Shown here piece after piece: positions 9,414-19,726 of a stretch of 64,000 nucleotides of DNA. Both the position numbers and the translations under genes were made by a program. The DNA lies in NCBI GenBank assembly GCA_964505635.1, contig CAZDIP010000001.1, forward strand, positions 40,174 through 104,173. The letters run 5' to 3'. Source of the stretch: an uncultured Candidatus Saccharibacteria bacterium (GTDB taxonomy: Bacteria; Patescibacteriota; Doudnabacteria; UBA920). Under the pieces are notes generated by a model. The model saw only the letters and a program-made list of their open reading frames with translations. It did no database searches and was not told where the DNA came from. The number at the start of each line of letters is the position of its first letter. The stretch's first letter is position 1.

Positions 9414-9976
9414 ATATAAATAGGCAGCAGGCTTACGGGCTAATGTGCGAATGGGTTGAGTCCGAGGCTTTGCGAAAACATATGCTGTGCGTGGAAGCGG
9501 CCATGCGGGCTTACGCAAAAAAATATGGAGAAAACGAAGAAGAATGGGGAATAGCCGGAATTTTGCATGATTTTGATTACGAAAAATTTCCGGACTATAA
9601 TGCCCAAGAAAAATCCGGACACCCATTTGAAGGCATTAAACACTTGCAAACGTTAAATTATCCCCAAAGCATTATAGACGCGATTTTAGGCCATGCGCTT
9701 TATAGCGGGGTAAAAAGGGAAACAAAAATGGCCAAATGCCTGTTTGCGGTGGATGAGCTTTGCGGGTTTTTGGTTGCCTGCGCTTATTTGCGCCCTGACC
9801 GTTTCGCTTCTTTAAGCGCCGAATCAGTTTTAAAAAAGTTAAAAGATAAAAAGTTTGCGGCTAAAGTAAGCAGGGAAGATATAGATTTGGGCGTGCAGGA
9901 ATTAAATGCGGACAAAAGCGAACATATTAATTTTGTGATTTCGGCTTTGAATAAAATAAGCGACCAAATTTTTTAG
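9410..9976 (+). CDS. HDIG-domain metal-dependent hydrolase
   Basis: LRKHMLCVE...LHDFDYE...AVDELCG. Confidence 0.9.
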   Translation: MNINRQQAYGLMCEWVESEALRKHMLCVEAAMRAYAKKYGENEEEWGIAGILHDFDYEKFPDYNAQEKSGHPFEGIKHLQTLNYPQSIIDAILGHALYSGVKRETKMAKCLFAVDELCGFLVACAYLRPDRFASLSAESVLKKLKDKKFAAKVSREDIDLGVQELNADKSEHINFVISALNKISDQIF

Positions 9977-9977
9977 C

Positions 9978-10886
9978 ATGCAAGAAAACCGGGATTATAA
10001 AAATCAAAATAACGGCGGGGGCGTAAAGAAATTAATTGCCTTGATTGTAATTTTAATTTTGGCTGCCAGCGCTTTTGACTACTACCAGCAGCATAAGGTT
10101 AAAATTAACAGCGTAGCGCAGCAAAGCCTTTCTAAGGCCTCGGAACTGGCGTCCTCGGCCAAAAAGGAAGTTGTTACTCCCGGGGCTTTGCGTTCCAGCA
10201 TCAACGAAACAGGTGCTTATTTAACCAGAGCGGGGACAATTAATTTTACCAATATTGAGAGGCAGCAAAACAATCTTCCGGCTTTGAAAGAAAACAGTTT
10301 GTTAAATAAGGCGGCTCAGGCAAAGGTTAAAGACATGTTCATGGGCCAGTATTTTGAACATATTTCCCCAAACGGTATAGGACCCTCGGGCTTGGCTGAC
10401 GCGGCCGGCTATGCTTATATTGCCGTGGGTGAAAATTTGGCTTTGGGCAATTTTAAAAACGATCAGGCCTTAGTGGAAGCATGGATGAACAGCAAAGGCC
10501 ACAGGGAAAATATTTTAAGCGGAAAATATACGGAAATAGGGGTGGCAGTTATGGAAGGCGTGTTTGAAGGCAAAAAAATCTGGCTGGCGGTTCAGGAATT
10601 TGGGAGGCCGCTTAGCGATTGCCCCTCGGTTGACCAAAACATAAAAAACCAGATAGAGATTATAAAGGCCGAAGCAGAAAGGCTGGAAGCTCAGATTAAC
10701 GCCTTGAAAAGTTATTTGGAAAATACCGAGCCAAAAACCAAACCAGAGGTGGAGGAATATAACCGTAAAGTCGACGAATTTAATAATTTAGTCAGAGCCT
10801 ATAACAATAAAGTGGACTGGCTCAAGAATTTGACCGCTGAATACAATAAACAAGTCCAGGCTTACAATGCCTGCCTGGGACAGTAA
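9978..10886 (+). CDS. CAP (SCP) domain secreted protein with coiled-coil tail
   Basis: YFEH, GENLA, WMNSKGHRENIL. Confidence 0.9.
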   Translation: MQENRDYKNQNNGGGVKKLIALIVILILAASAFDYYQQHKVKINSVAQQSLSKASELASSAKKEVVTPGALRSSINETGAYLTRAGTINFTNIERQQNNLPALKENSLLNKAAQAKVKDMFMGQYFEHISPNGIGPSGLADAAGYAYIAVGENLALGNFKNDQALVEAWMNSKGHRENILSGKYTEIGVAVMEGVFEGKKIWLAVQEFGRPLSDCPSVDQNIKNQIEIIKAEAERLEAQINALKSYLENTEPKTKPEVEEYNRKVDEFNNLVRAYNNKVDWLKNLTAEYNKQVQAYNACLGQ

Positions 10887-10949
10887 TTTTGATTTTTTGT
10901 AAAATTTTCGTTAAAATATAAAGAGAAAATTGTAAATTAACAAACAAAT

Positions 10950-12098
10950 ATGAAAAAAATAAAAATAGTGTTTTTTGCCTTGCTTTTAAGTTTAAGCGTA
11001 GCGGCTTTAAAAACTGAGGCGGTTAGCCTCGCGGTTCCGGAAAAAGACGACCCAAACGTTGTTGTCGGTTCCGGTCAAAACCCCCGTAATCTTTACGCGG
11101 TTGGCTCTAACGTGACTGTTAATGGCGCTGTGCGTGGAGATTTGGCCTCGGTTGGCGGAATGGTGAGCGTGGTGGGTGACGTAGAACAGGACATTTTAGT
11201 TGTGGGTGGAACATTGACTTTTGGGGGGAAAGTAGGCGGTGACGCGAGAATTTTAGGAGGTAACGTGACTTTTTCTCAAAGCATAGGCGGTGACGTGGCA
11301 GCTTTGGGCGGTAATATTAATTTTACGGAAAAAGCCGAGGTCGGTGGTGATTTGCTGATTGCCGGGGGAAACGTAATTATAGATTCGCCAGTAAAAGGCA
11401 ATGTCACTATTGCCGGCGGCAATGTGACTATAAACAATCAAGTCTACGGGAATGTACAGGTAAAAACTAGCCAAAAGTTGGTTTTTGGATCCAGTGCAGA
11501 GGTTTTTGGAAAAATATCGCACAAAGGTACTAGCCAGGCTTTAATAAAAGACGGAGCAAAAGTTCCGAGCATAAGTTTTGAGCAAATACAGAAACGTGAT
11601 TACAAGGCCGGAATAAAAGCTTTATATACGGCAGGCTTTGTTATTAAATTAATGGCATTGTTTTTTGCCGCTTGGCTGTTTTTAATAATCAGGCCAAAGA
11701 AAGTTTATGACAGACTGCAGTCAATAGTGCAGAAACCGGTTGAATCTTTGGGTTGGGGTTTGGTTGGTTTGGTCGTGTTTCCAATAGGGGTGATTTTGTT
11801 GTTCGTTACTCTGGCGGGTTATTATGTGGGATTAATTGCTTTGGCGGTTTACGTGCTCATGCTCTTAACAGCTTGCGTATACGGAGTTTTGCTTTTAGGC
11901 CATTGGGCTATAAAATATATCAGTAAAAATCAAGGCCAGGCCGCATGGCAGGTGGCTTTACTCGGGGCAGTTTTATATAAGCTTTTGCAGTTAATTCCTT
12001 TTATTGGCTGGCTTTTATTGTTCCTGGTCTTTTTAATGAGCTTGGGCCAGATGGTTGTGGAAATGAAAGAAGCTTTAAAAAACCGGCATAATTTATAA
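10950..12098 (+). CDS. Bactofilin-like beta-helix repeat membrane protein
   Basis: Repeated GGNV/GGD units followed by several TM helices. Confidence 0.75.
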   Translation: MKKIKIVFFALLLSLSVAALKTEAVSLAVPEKDDPNVVVGSGQNPRNLYAVGSNVTVNGAVRGDLASVGGMVSVVGDVEQDILVVGGTLTFGGKVGGDARILGGNVTFSQSIGGDVAALGGNINFTEKAEVGGDLLIAGGNVIIDSPVKGNVTIAGGNVTINNQVYGNVQVKTSQKLVFGSSAEVFGKISHKGTSQALIKDGAKVPSISFEQIQKRDYKAGIKALYTAGFVIKLMALFFAAWLFLIIRPKKVYDRLQSIVQKPVESLGWGLVGLVVFPIGVILLFVTLAGYYVGLIALAVYVLMLLTACVYGVLLLGHWAIKYISKNQGQAAWQVALLGAVLYKLLQLIPFIGWLLLFLVFLMSLGQMVVEMKEALKNRHNL

Positions 12099-12111
12099 TT
12101 AAATAGATTGT

Positions 12112-12393
12112 ATGGGGATATTTGATAAACTCAAAGATATTAACGAAATGCGCAAGCAAGCAAATCAAATGCAAGGCTTGCTTGCACAGCAAACCGTAGT
12201 CGGCCAGTCGGGCGGCGGGAAAATAAAAGTTACCATAGACGGCAATATGGACGTAAAAAGCGTAGAGGTTTCGCCGGAAGTAGCAGGAGATAAGTCGGAA
12301 GTGGCCAGACACGTCCGTTCCGCGTTGGAAGATTTGTTCAAACAGCATAAAAAAATGCTACAGAAAAATTTTGGCAACATGCTTCAACAATAA
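12112..12393 (+). CDS. YbaB/EbfC nucleoid-associated protein
   Basis: QANQMQ...GQSGGGKIKVTIDGN. Confidence 0.88.
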   Translation: MGIFDKLKDINEMRKQANQMQGLLAQQTVVGQSGGGKIKVTIDGNMDVKSVEVSPEVAGDKSEVARHVRSALEDLFKQHKKMLQKNFGNMLQQ

Positions 12394-13307
12394 TGAAAAA
12401 ATTAGCCATAACCGCAATTACATTGGTTTTCTTTATCGCCGCCAGTCCGGCGCTGGCTTTGCAGTTGCCCTCTACTGCCAATGAATTGGCGCAAACTTTA
12501 AATTTAAATGCCGAAAGTTATATGGTCTCCGATTTTAAAAGCGGAGAAATTTTGTTTTTTAAAGACGCCGACAAACAATGGGTACCCGCTTCTTTAACTA
12601 AACTATTGACGGTTTTAGTCGTGCTTGATACCAAACCCAAATTAAATAAGGCTGTAACCATGTCCAGTGTCGACCAAACGGCCGGTGGTTGCGCGCAGGG
12701 CGGAGCCTGTATTAAATCAAAGCCTGGGGTGAAATTTTCTGTTGACACTCTAATTAAGGCGGCACTGCTTCCTTCGGCCAACAACGCGGCCAATGCTTTG
12801 GCCAGAAGCACTGGGTTTAGCGCTCAAAAATTTGCGGAAAAAATGAACGAAAAAGCTAAAATTTTAGGCGCTAAAAACAGTTATTTTGTAGAACCCACAG
12901 GAATGAGCCCTGAGAACAAAATTACCGCCTCAGACTATGCTAAAATCACTCAGGCAGCCTTTTTAAATCCATATGTAAAAAATATAGCTACAAAAACCAG
13001 CTTGCGGCTTTTGTCTTTAAATAATTCCAAGTACCACCAGACAGTTAAAAATACTAATAAAATGCTGCTGGATCCGGAATCAAAAGTGGTGGCGGCTAAA
13101 ACCGGCTTTATAGATGAATCTAAATATAATTTTTCCAGCTTGGTTAAGACAGAGGGGGGGCGTGAGGTAATTATTACGGTTTTGGGAGAAAAATCTTTAA
13201 ATCAGGCGTTTTCGGAAACCAAGCTTTTAACTTCATTGGTGAAAACGGCCACTGACCTGGCGCTTTTAAAAACTTCCGGCCTAGTTGCCGGCGCTTTAAC
13301 TAATTAA
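12393..13307 (+). CDS. D-alanyl-D-alanine carboxypeptidase (peptidase S11)
   Basis: ASLTK (SxxK), SAN (SxN), KTG motifs. Confidence 0.92.
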   Translation: MKKLAITAITLVFFIAASPALALQLPSTANELAQTLNLNAESYMVSDFKSGEILFFKDADKQWVPASLTKLLTVLVVLDTKPKLNKAVTMSSVDQTAGGCAQGGACIKSKPGVKFSVDTLIKAALLPSANNAANALARSTGFSAQKFAEKMNEKAKILGAKNSYFVEPTGMSPENKITASDYAKITQAAFLNPYVKNIATKTSLRLLSLNNSKYHQTVKNTNKMLLDPESKVVAAKTGFIDESKYNFSSLVKTEGGREVIITVLGEKSLNQAFSETKLLTSLVKTATDLALLKTSGLVAGALTN

Positions 13308-13323
13308 TGTTTAGAAAAATTTT

Positions 13324-13992
13324 ATGAAGAAGCAAGTCACGGTAAGCATAATAGTTTTATTGGTTTTGGGTTTCGGATTTTTTTTATTCAAGATATCGCC
13401 GCAAACTCAAAACGGAACTAATTCGCAGAATAATTTTAATTTGGGCAATATAGATTCCATGTCCGCGCCTTCGGAAGTCAAAGCTGACGACCATGTTTTA
13501 GGTAATCCGGAAGCAAAAAATACTATTGTGGCTTATGAGGATTTGCAGTGCCCGGCTTGCGCTAATTTTGAACCTATTTTACAAAGTCTTCCCGCAGAGT
13601 TAAAAGACACAAAAGTAGTTTTTAGGCATTTTCCCTTGTTATCTATTCACAAAAATGCTTCTTTGGCCGCCATTGCTTCTGAAGCTGCGGCAGCTCAGGG
13701 GCGTTTTTGGGAATTTGTGAATTTGATGTACAGCGGTCAGGATAAGTGGTCAAACTTGTCTGATCCAAGTCCGGCTATTATAGAAATTGCCAAGCAGTCC
13801 GGAATTGCCAACATAGAGCAGTTTAGTTCGGATTTAAGTTCTCAAAAATACAAAGATAGAGTAGAGAGGGATTTAAGGGAGGCAACAGGCCTTAAGGTAG
13901 GCGGTACCCCGAGTTTATATTTTAACGGCGTACCGCTGGAATTAGGCGGGGTTGAAGCTATTAAACAGCAGGTGGAAAAGCTTTACAAATAA
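13324..13992 (+). CDS. DsbA-family thioredoxin-fold protein
   Basis: DLQCPAC, FRHFPL, GTPSLY. Confidence 0.9.
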   Translation: MKKQVTVSIIVLLVLGFGFFLFKISPQTQNGTNSQNNFNLGNIDSMSAPSEVKADDHVLGNPEAKNTIVAYEDLQCPACANFEPILQSLPAELKDTKVVFRHFPLLSIHKNASLAAIASEAAAAQGRFWEFVNLMYSGQDKWSNLSDPSPAIIEIAKQSGIANIEQFSSDLSSQKYKDRVERDLREATGLKVGGTPSLYFNGVPLELGGVEAIKQQVEKLYK

Positions 13993-14010
13993 AGTATTCA
14001 TAGATCTACC

Positions 14011-14035
14011 AAAACGCGCTTTACTGGCGCGTTTT
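14011..14035. terminator. Terminator-like hairpin
   Basis: AAAACGCGC-TTTACTG-GCGCGTTTT. Confidence 0.6.
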
Positions 14036-14076
14036 GATATTGATTTAGCAGCTGTTTAATGTTATAATCTTTTCCC

Positions 14077-15306
14077 ATGAAAGATAATCAGATAAAAATT
14101 AAAAATAAGGGAAGTGTGCTAATGGCGCTTTCCGGCGGCATAGATAGCGCGGTTTCAGCGTATCTACTAATTAAGCAGGGATATAAAGTACAAGCCGCGT
14201 TTATGAAGAACTGGAGCAGCCAGGAAGGCCTTTTGAAAAATGAATGCCCGTGGCTTTTAGACCGCAGGGAGGCTTTGCGCGTGGCTGCGTTTTTAAACAT
14301 CCCGCTTCATACATTGGATTTTGAAAAGCAGTACCAAAGTACGGTAATGAAATATTTTTTTAACGAATACAAAAAAGGCCGTACGCCAAACCCGGATGTC
14401 ATGTGCAATAAAGAAATCAAATTTAAGCTTTTATATAACTGGGCAATGAAAAACGGGTTTGATTATTTGGCTACGGGACACTACGCGAGAATTAGTAGAA
14501 AGAAGCAAGTAGTAAGTAGCAAGGGAAGGCAAAAAAAATCCATACTACATGCTACTAACTACACGCTACAGCGAAGCCGGGATGAATTCAAAGACCAAAC
14601 TTACTTCATCTATAACATAAAAACAGAGCAGCTGCCGCATGTGCTTTTTCCGATTGGGGGAAAGAAAAAAGAACAGGTGCGCAAAATGGCCAGGAAAATC
14701 GGTCTGCCTAACGCGGAACGCAAAGAAAGCATGGGTCTGTGCTTTGTTGGGAAAATTAGGCTGAAGGATTTTTTAGAGCAAAGGCTAAAAGAAAAAAAGG
14801 GGGAGATAATCTTTTTACCCCCTGCTTCGTCTTTGCGAGGAGTGCGGCCGACGAAGCAATCTTCCCCTAAAGAACAGATTGCTTCGGATGCACTCGCAAT
14901 GACGAAATCAATTATAGGACACCATTACGGCTTACATAACTACACCATTGGCCAGCGTCAGGGTATAAAAGTTGGCGGAAGCGGCCCGTATTATGTAGTA
15001 AGCAAGGATTTAAAAAGCAATACTTTGTTTGTAACTAATAATCCTGAAGACGAGCGTTTGTTTGTAAAAGAAGTACAGATCCATTCTGTAAACTGGATTG
15101 ATTCTAGCTACAAGCTAAAAGCTATAAGCTGTAAGCTTGTCGGAAGGTATAGGCACCAGGGGGAATTGGTTCCGCTAGGCATTTCAAAAATAGACAACAA
15201 GTATTATCGCGTAATTTTTAGAAATCCACAGAAAGCTGTTGCCTCGGGACAAAGTTTGGTATTATATAAAGGTAAGGAATGTGTCGGCGGAGGGGTAATT
15301 GCTTAG
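14077..15306 (+). CDS. mnmA: tRNA-specific 2-thiouridylase, with in-frame repeat insertions
   Basis: SGGIDS, TPNPDVMCN, ATGHY, KDQTYF, ESMGLCF, YTIGQR, GQSLVLY. Confidence 0.96.
   Translation: MKDNQIKIKNKGSVLMALSGGIDSAVSAYLLIKQGYKVQAAFMKNWSSQEGLLKNECPWLLDRREALRVAAFLNIPLHTLDFEKQYQSTVMKYFFNEYKKGRTPNPDVMCNKEIKFKLLYNWAMKNGFDYLATGHYARISRKKQVVSSKGRQKKSILHATNYTLQRSRDEFKDQTYFIYNIKTEQLPHVLFPIGGKKKEQVRKMARKIGLPNAERKESMGLCFVGKIRLKDFLEQRLKEKKGEIIFLPPASSLRGVRPTKQSSPKEQIASDALAMTKSIIGHHYGLHNYTIGQRQGIKVGGSGPYYVVSKDLKSNTLFVTNNPEDERLFVKEVQIHSVNWIDSSYKLKAISCKLVGRYRHQGELVPLGISKIDNKYYRVIFRNPQKAVASGQSLVLYKGKECVGGGVIA
14828..14904 (+). repeat. REP/RPE-like palindromic element inserted in frame in mnmA
   Basis: GTCTTTGCGAGG...GAAGCAATCT...AGATTGCTTC...CTCGCAATGAC; near-identical to 54941-55014 (reverse). 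Confidence 0.85.
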
Positions 15307-15335
15307 CTTATAGGATAGACTTGTAATCTTTATAT

Positions 15336-16418
15336 ATGCCCGAGTTTCAAGGTGATATTGACCCGAGTGTTCAAAATCAGGCTTTTACTTCCAAAACTTC
15401 TAAGGTTTCCAGAAGGGAATTTTTTAAGGCAATAGGAGGCGCTGCGGCTTTTTTGACAACCGGAAAAGAAACAGCGGAGGCCCGGCCGCAAAATTATAGA
15501 ACCGGGCCTTTGGCCGGGAAAAAATTTAACGACTTATATAGCGAGTATACCGGAATAAAAGGAGAAGTTCCGGAAGCCGTAACGATTGATTTTAACAGGC
15601 AGCTCAATAATCTTTGGGAGAAAAAGGTCAGGCGTTCCGGCAATAATCCGGTAGTGGTAAAAACCCGCAATGAAGTTTTGGCCGAATATAACCGCACAGG
15701 ACCCGTAAAAACCGATTTAAGCAAGTATTCCGCTGAAATAGGCAGGGTAATTAGTTCCTTAAATTCAACTTTAGATTGGAAGGCTTATGCCCAAAAAAAA
15801 GGTTTAAGCGCGCAAGAAGTTAATTTATTACAGCAACTGTCTTATTCTATTAAAGGTAAGGACTTGGCCGCATATGCCATGACCGAGTTAATGCCTTCTA
15901 AAGACGGGCGGTTAAATCGGGATGTAATGAATTTTTTACTCAGCAACGCGGGAAAAAATTATGTTGAAACCATTCCTGCAATTTATGATAAAAAAACTTC
16001 TTTTGGCCCGTATCAATTTACCGAATACGCGCTTTATGAAGTAGACGGCGTTAGGAGAGGTGCTTCCATTCCCAACCAATTTTTAAGAAGCGGAAAGATT
16101 AGGGATTCCGTAGCCATGCTAAGAGGAACTGACCACCATAAGGCCGCTTATTTGTTTGTTGTAGACAACCTGGCAAATTTGGTAAACCGTTCTACAAAGA
16201 AACAGTTAAATGCCTTGACCCGAGTTTTAAGGGAGAAACACGACGATTTAGTGGCTTACGCGGCGACTGCCCACCATGGTCCGGGAGCTGCCATGAAAAT
16301 AGCCAAAAGGTGGCTAGATAACAACGCCCAATTGCCCTATGAAGTTTCCTGCGGCAGAATCTATAGGCTATACGCGGAAAAAACCAAGGCTAATTTAGGG
16401 GCGCTAAAGAATTTTTAA
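15336..16418 (+). CDS. Hypothetical protein with twin-arginine-like N-terminal motif
   Basis: 360-aa ORF; SRREFFKAIGGAAAF. Confidence 0.7.
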   Translation: MPEFQGDIDPSVQNQAFTSKTSKVSRREFFKAIGGAAAFLTTGKETAEARPQNYRTGPLAGKKFNDLYSEYTGIKGEVPEAVTIDFNRQLNNLWEKKVRRSGNNPVVVKTRNEVLAEYNRTGPVKTDLSKYSAEIGRVISSLNSTLDWKAYAQKKGLSAQEVNLLQQLSYSIKGKDLAAYAMTELMPSKDGRLNRDVMNFLLSNAGKNYVETIPAIYDKKTSFGPYQFTEYALYEVDGVRRGASIPNQFLRSGKIRDSVAMLRGTDHHKAAYLFVVDNLANLVNRSTKKQLNALTRVLREKHDDLVAYAATAHHGPGAAMKIAKRWLDNNAQLPYEVSCGRIYRLYAEKTKANLGALKNF

Positions 16419-16431
16419 TCACTAAAAATTT

Positions 16432-16593
16432 ATGGTAAAAATTTCGGAAAGCGGCGGAGTGAGTCCCATTCAGGCTATTGAAAAGCCCAGAAACGAGCCT
16501 AAAAATTCAAAACCGCCACAAGAGACAGTAGAAGAAATAAAAGATGTAATTCAGTTGTCCGAAGAAGTTAAAAAAATTTTAGACAAAAAATAA
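16432..16593 (+). CDS. Small hypothetical protein (53 aa)
   Basis: Manual translation MVKISESGG...KDVIQLSEEVKKILDKK; fills the gap between neighbours. Confidence 0.6.
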   Translation: MVKISESGGVSPIQAIEKPRNEPKNSKPPQETVEEIKDVIQLSEEVKKILDKK

Positions 16594-16606
16594 TTAATTA
16601 AAAAAT

Positions 16607-16819
16607 ATGTCACAACCTTTAGAATACAATCCTAATATGGGAGACGAGGAAAGCCACTTGGCAGTAATGGAGAATCGTCTAAATAGCGCAAGGGAAGAAT
16701 TAAGAATTGCGCAGGAATTAGGTAAGCCCACAGAGCAAATATCTGCACTTGAAACTGAGGTTGATAGATTGGCAGAGGAAGTTGAAGAATTTAAAAATAG
16801 TTTGCCAACAGCAGCATAA
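16607..16819 (+). CDS. Small coiled-coil hypothetical protein
   Basis: 70-aa ORF followed by terminator hairpin. Confidence 0.65.
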   Translation: MSQPLEYNPNMGDEESHLAVMENRLNSAREELRIAQELGKPTEQISALETEVDRLAEEVEEFKNSLPTAA

Positions 16820-16850
16820 AAAATACCCCCTTGAAAAGGGGGTATTTTTT
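16819..16850 (+). terminator. Intrinsic terminator
   Basis: AAAAATACCCC-C-TTGAAAA-GGGGGTATTTTT. Confidence 0.65.
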
Positions 16851-16947
16851 ATGCTATAAATATATGTTATTCCTGCCGGTCTAGGGATAGCTGTTGCGCG
16901 CGCGTTGCCGCAATAAAACTTCCGGTAAAGCTCTAAAGGGGGGCTTT

Positions 16948-17445
16948 ATGACAAAGACTGAAGTTGTTTTTATGGCGTGTTTTTGGGTGCTCGGCCTTGC
17001 GGCCTTGAGTACCGAGTGGGGAGGGAGTGCGGAAATGTTCCTTCTGGCTTCGTTCTTGGCTGGCGCGATGTTTGAGATGCTGGGGGAAAATATGCCGCGG
17101 CCCCCGTACTGGAATTTCGTGGGCAGAGGAGCTTTGCGGACTTGGGGGTTTGTTTTTGTCTGCATTCTCGTAATTGTTTTTATGGGTGCGGCAGTGAACG
17201 ACAGGCCTGCGGCCACAGATTTTGTGCGGCAAGCGCTGGGACTCGGAGGTCTGCTGCCCGCCTTCGCGCTGGCTGGCATCGCGTTTTGCTTAGGTCTCGT
17301 AGGGATGGCGGCGGAGGTTCCGAGAAGGATACTTCAGTTAGTGCGAAATCGGTGGCTGGACATACTTTGTTTTGTCTTTGTGTTGACAGCCTTGTACACC
17401 ATCATTCGCGGCGTGTTGTTTTGGCCAGAGCCCGGGCGGCCTTAG
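16948..17445 (+). CDS. GC-rich hypothetical membrane protein
   Basis: Several hydrophobic segments; likely start MTKTEV after GGGGG. Confidence 0.5.
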   Translation: MTKTEVVFMACFWVLGLAALSTEWGGSAEMFLLASFLAGAMFEMLGENMPRPPYWNFVGRGALRTWGFVFVCILVIVFMGAAVNDRPAATDFVRQALGLGGLLPAFALAGIAFCLGLVGMAAEVPRRILQLVRNRWLDILCFVFVLTALYTIIRGVLFWPEPGRP

Positions 17446-17581
17446 AGCCACCCGAACAACCAACTTCAAACTATAAGACCGGCCTTGGGTGCGTCAAGCA
17501 TTCCTACGGCCGGTCTTTGCTATTTTTAAAGGCTCACATGGAGTGAGCCTTTTTGACTAAAGGAATTATCAATTGAAATCT

Positions 17582-17608
17582 GGATCCCGCATCAAGTGCG
17601 GGATGACA
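17582..17608. repeat. REP-like palindrome
   Basis: GGATCCCGCA-TCAAG-TGCGGGATGACA downstream of hppA. Confidence 0.6.
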
Positions 17609-17620
17609 GAACGTAGATAG

Positions 17621-19624
17621 TTAGCCTTTCAAGAATTTTACAAGCAACAAAGCTACAATGTTTATAATTTTGATCATCGGGTTAATTGCCGGGCCGGCTG
17701 TGTCTTTGTAGGGGTCGCCTACGGTGTCGCCGGTAACCGCGGCTTTGTGGGCATCTGAGCCTTTGCCGCCAAAACTGCCTTCCTCAATATATTTTTTAGC
17801 ATTGTCCCAGGCAGCGCCTCCGGTAGTCATGGAAATACCGACAAACAAACCGGTGACTATGGAGCCGACCAAAAGTCCGCCCAAAGCTTCGGCGCCTAAA
17901 ACAAACCCGACTGCCACCGGCACAATTACGGGGATTAAAGCCGGTACCACCATTTCTTTAATTGCGGCTTTAGTAACAATGTCCACGGCTCTGGAATAGT
18001 CGGGTTTGCCCGTGCCTTCCATTATGCCTTTTATTTCCCTAAACTGCCTGCGCACTTCTTCTACCACCGCCTTTGCGGCATTTCCAACCGCAGACATGGC
18101 AATGCTGGCAAAAAGATAGGGGAGGAGTCCGCCTATGAGAAGGCCAACTAAAACGCGGCTGTCGGAAAGGTCAAAAACCGCGCTTATGCCTTCTAACTTT
18201 AATTCCTGGGTGTAAGCGGCAAAAAGTACCATGGCCGCAAGTCCGGCACTGGCAATAGCGTAGCCTTTGGTAACTGCTTTGGTGGTGTTGCCTACGGCGT
18301 CTAACGGGTCGGTAACGTCCCTGACAGATTTATCTAGTCCGGCCATTTCCGCAATGCCTCCCGCGTTGTCGGTTATGGGCCCAAAAGCGTCTATAGCAAC
18401 CACAATGCCGGTTAAGGAAAGCATGGACATAACAGCCAGGGCAATGCCGTACAAACCTGCAAGCTGGTAGGCGGCTAAAATAGCCAGCACAATTACGATT
18501 ACCGGAGCCGCGGTAGACTGCATGCCCACGGCCAGCCCTTTAATAATGTTGGTGCCGTGGCCGGTGGTGGAAGCCTCCGCAATGTCTTTGACCGGAGAGA
18601 AATTTTTGGCCGTGTAGTATTCAGTAATAAACACTACGGCCGCCGTAACAACCAAACCGATTAAAGAGGCGTAATAAAGGTTTATGGGGCTGTAAAGGCC
18701 ATTATTTTGCATTAAGCGCATGGTAATGGGGTAAAAGGCAATAGCGCTTAAAATGCCCGATACCGCAAAGCCTTTGTACATCGCGCCCATAATGTTATTT
18801 GATTTGCCTAAGCGCACGAACCAAGTGCCAATAATGGAAGTAATAATGGAAGCAGCGCCTATTAATAGAGGATAAATTATTGCGTTTGAATTTGAAGAGT
18901 CGGTAAAAATAAACGAGCCTAAAAGCATAACCGCTACAGTGGAGACGGCGTAGGTTTCAAACAAGTCAGCGGCCATGCCGGCGCAGTCGCCCACGTTGTC
19001 GCCCACGTTGTCGGCTATAACGCCTGGGTTTCGCGGGTCGTCTTCAGGGATATTGCTTTCTATTTTACCTACCATGTCTGTTCCTACGTCCGCGCCTTTG
19101 GTAAATATGCCTCCGCCAAGCCTGGCGAATACGGAAATTAAGGAAGAGCCAAAAGCCAGACCCGCTAAGGCAGATAAATCTTTGGTTAAAGCGTAAAAAC
19201 CGGCTACGGACAAAAGTCCCAAGCCTACCACGAACAAGCCGGTTACCGCGCCGCCTTCAAAAGCTAAAGACAGTGCTGCGCCTAGGCCCTTTTTGGCTGC
19301 TTCGGCTGTTCTGACATTTGCGCGCACGGAAATATTCATGCCTATAAAACCGGCAACAGCGGAAAGCGCGGCGCCGATTACAAAAGCGGCCATGGTAGAG
19401 GTGGAAAAGCCTCCAAAAAACATAAGCGCTAAAATAGCCACAGCCACTAAACCCACGGTTTTATATTGCCTGGAAAGATAGGCTTTGGCGCCGGCTTGAA
19501 TAGCTTTTGCTATTTCCAGCATCTTGCCTTCGCCTTGCGGAGATTTTAAGATTTTCCAAATTAAAAACGCCCCGTAAAGTAGCGCTAAAATCGCCGCACC
19601 TAACACATAAGCCATGTAGTTCAT
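17621..19624 (-). CDS. hppA: Membrane proton-translocating pyrophosphatase, K+-independent signature
   Basis: [26 protein letters not shown] (Lys at the K+-dependence position), [10 protein letters not shown]. Confidence 0.95.
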   Translation of the reverse strand: MNYMAYVLGAAILALLYGAFLIWKILKSPQGEGKMLEIAKAIQAGAKAYLSRQYKTVGLVAVAILALMFFGGFSTSTMAAFVIGAALSAVAGFIGMNISVRANVRTAEAAKKGLGAALSLAFEGGAVTGLFVVGLGLLSVAGFYALTKDLSALAGLAFGSSLISVFARLGGGIFTKGADVGTDMVGKIESNIPEDDPRNPGVIADNVGDNVGDCAGMAADLFETYAVSTVAVMLLGSFIFTDSSNSNAIIYPLLIGAASIITSIIGTWFVRLGKSNNIMGAMYKGFAVSGILSAIAFYPITMRLMQNNGLYSPINLYYASLIGLVVTAAVVFITEYYTAKNFSPVKDIAEASTTGHGTNIIKGLAVGMQSTAAPVIVIVLAILAAYQLAGLYGIALAVMSMLSLTGIVVAIDAFGPITDNAGGIAEMAGLDKSVRDVTDPLDAVGNTTKAVTKGYAIASAGLAAMVLFAAYTQELKLEGISAVFDLSDSRVLVGLLIGGLLPYLFASIAMSAVGNAAKAVVEEVRRQFREIKGIMEGTGKPDYSRAVDIVTKAAIKEMVVPALIPVIVPVAVGFVLGAEALGGLLVGSIVTGLFVGISMTTGGAAWDNAKKYIEEGSFGGKGSDAHKAAVTGDTVGDPYKDTAGPAINPMIKIINIVALLLVKFLKG

Positions 19625-19726
19625 ATTTTAAGTTTATAATTATTATGAATAAAATTCAATCAAAATTATAGCCTTTTAAGCCAATTTTGGCAAATTTAAA
19701 AACCCTTTTTAAAGGGCTTAATAAAA

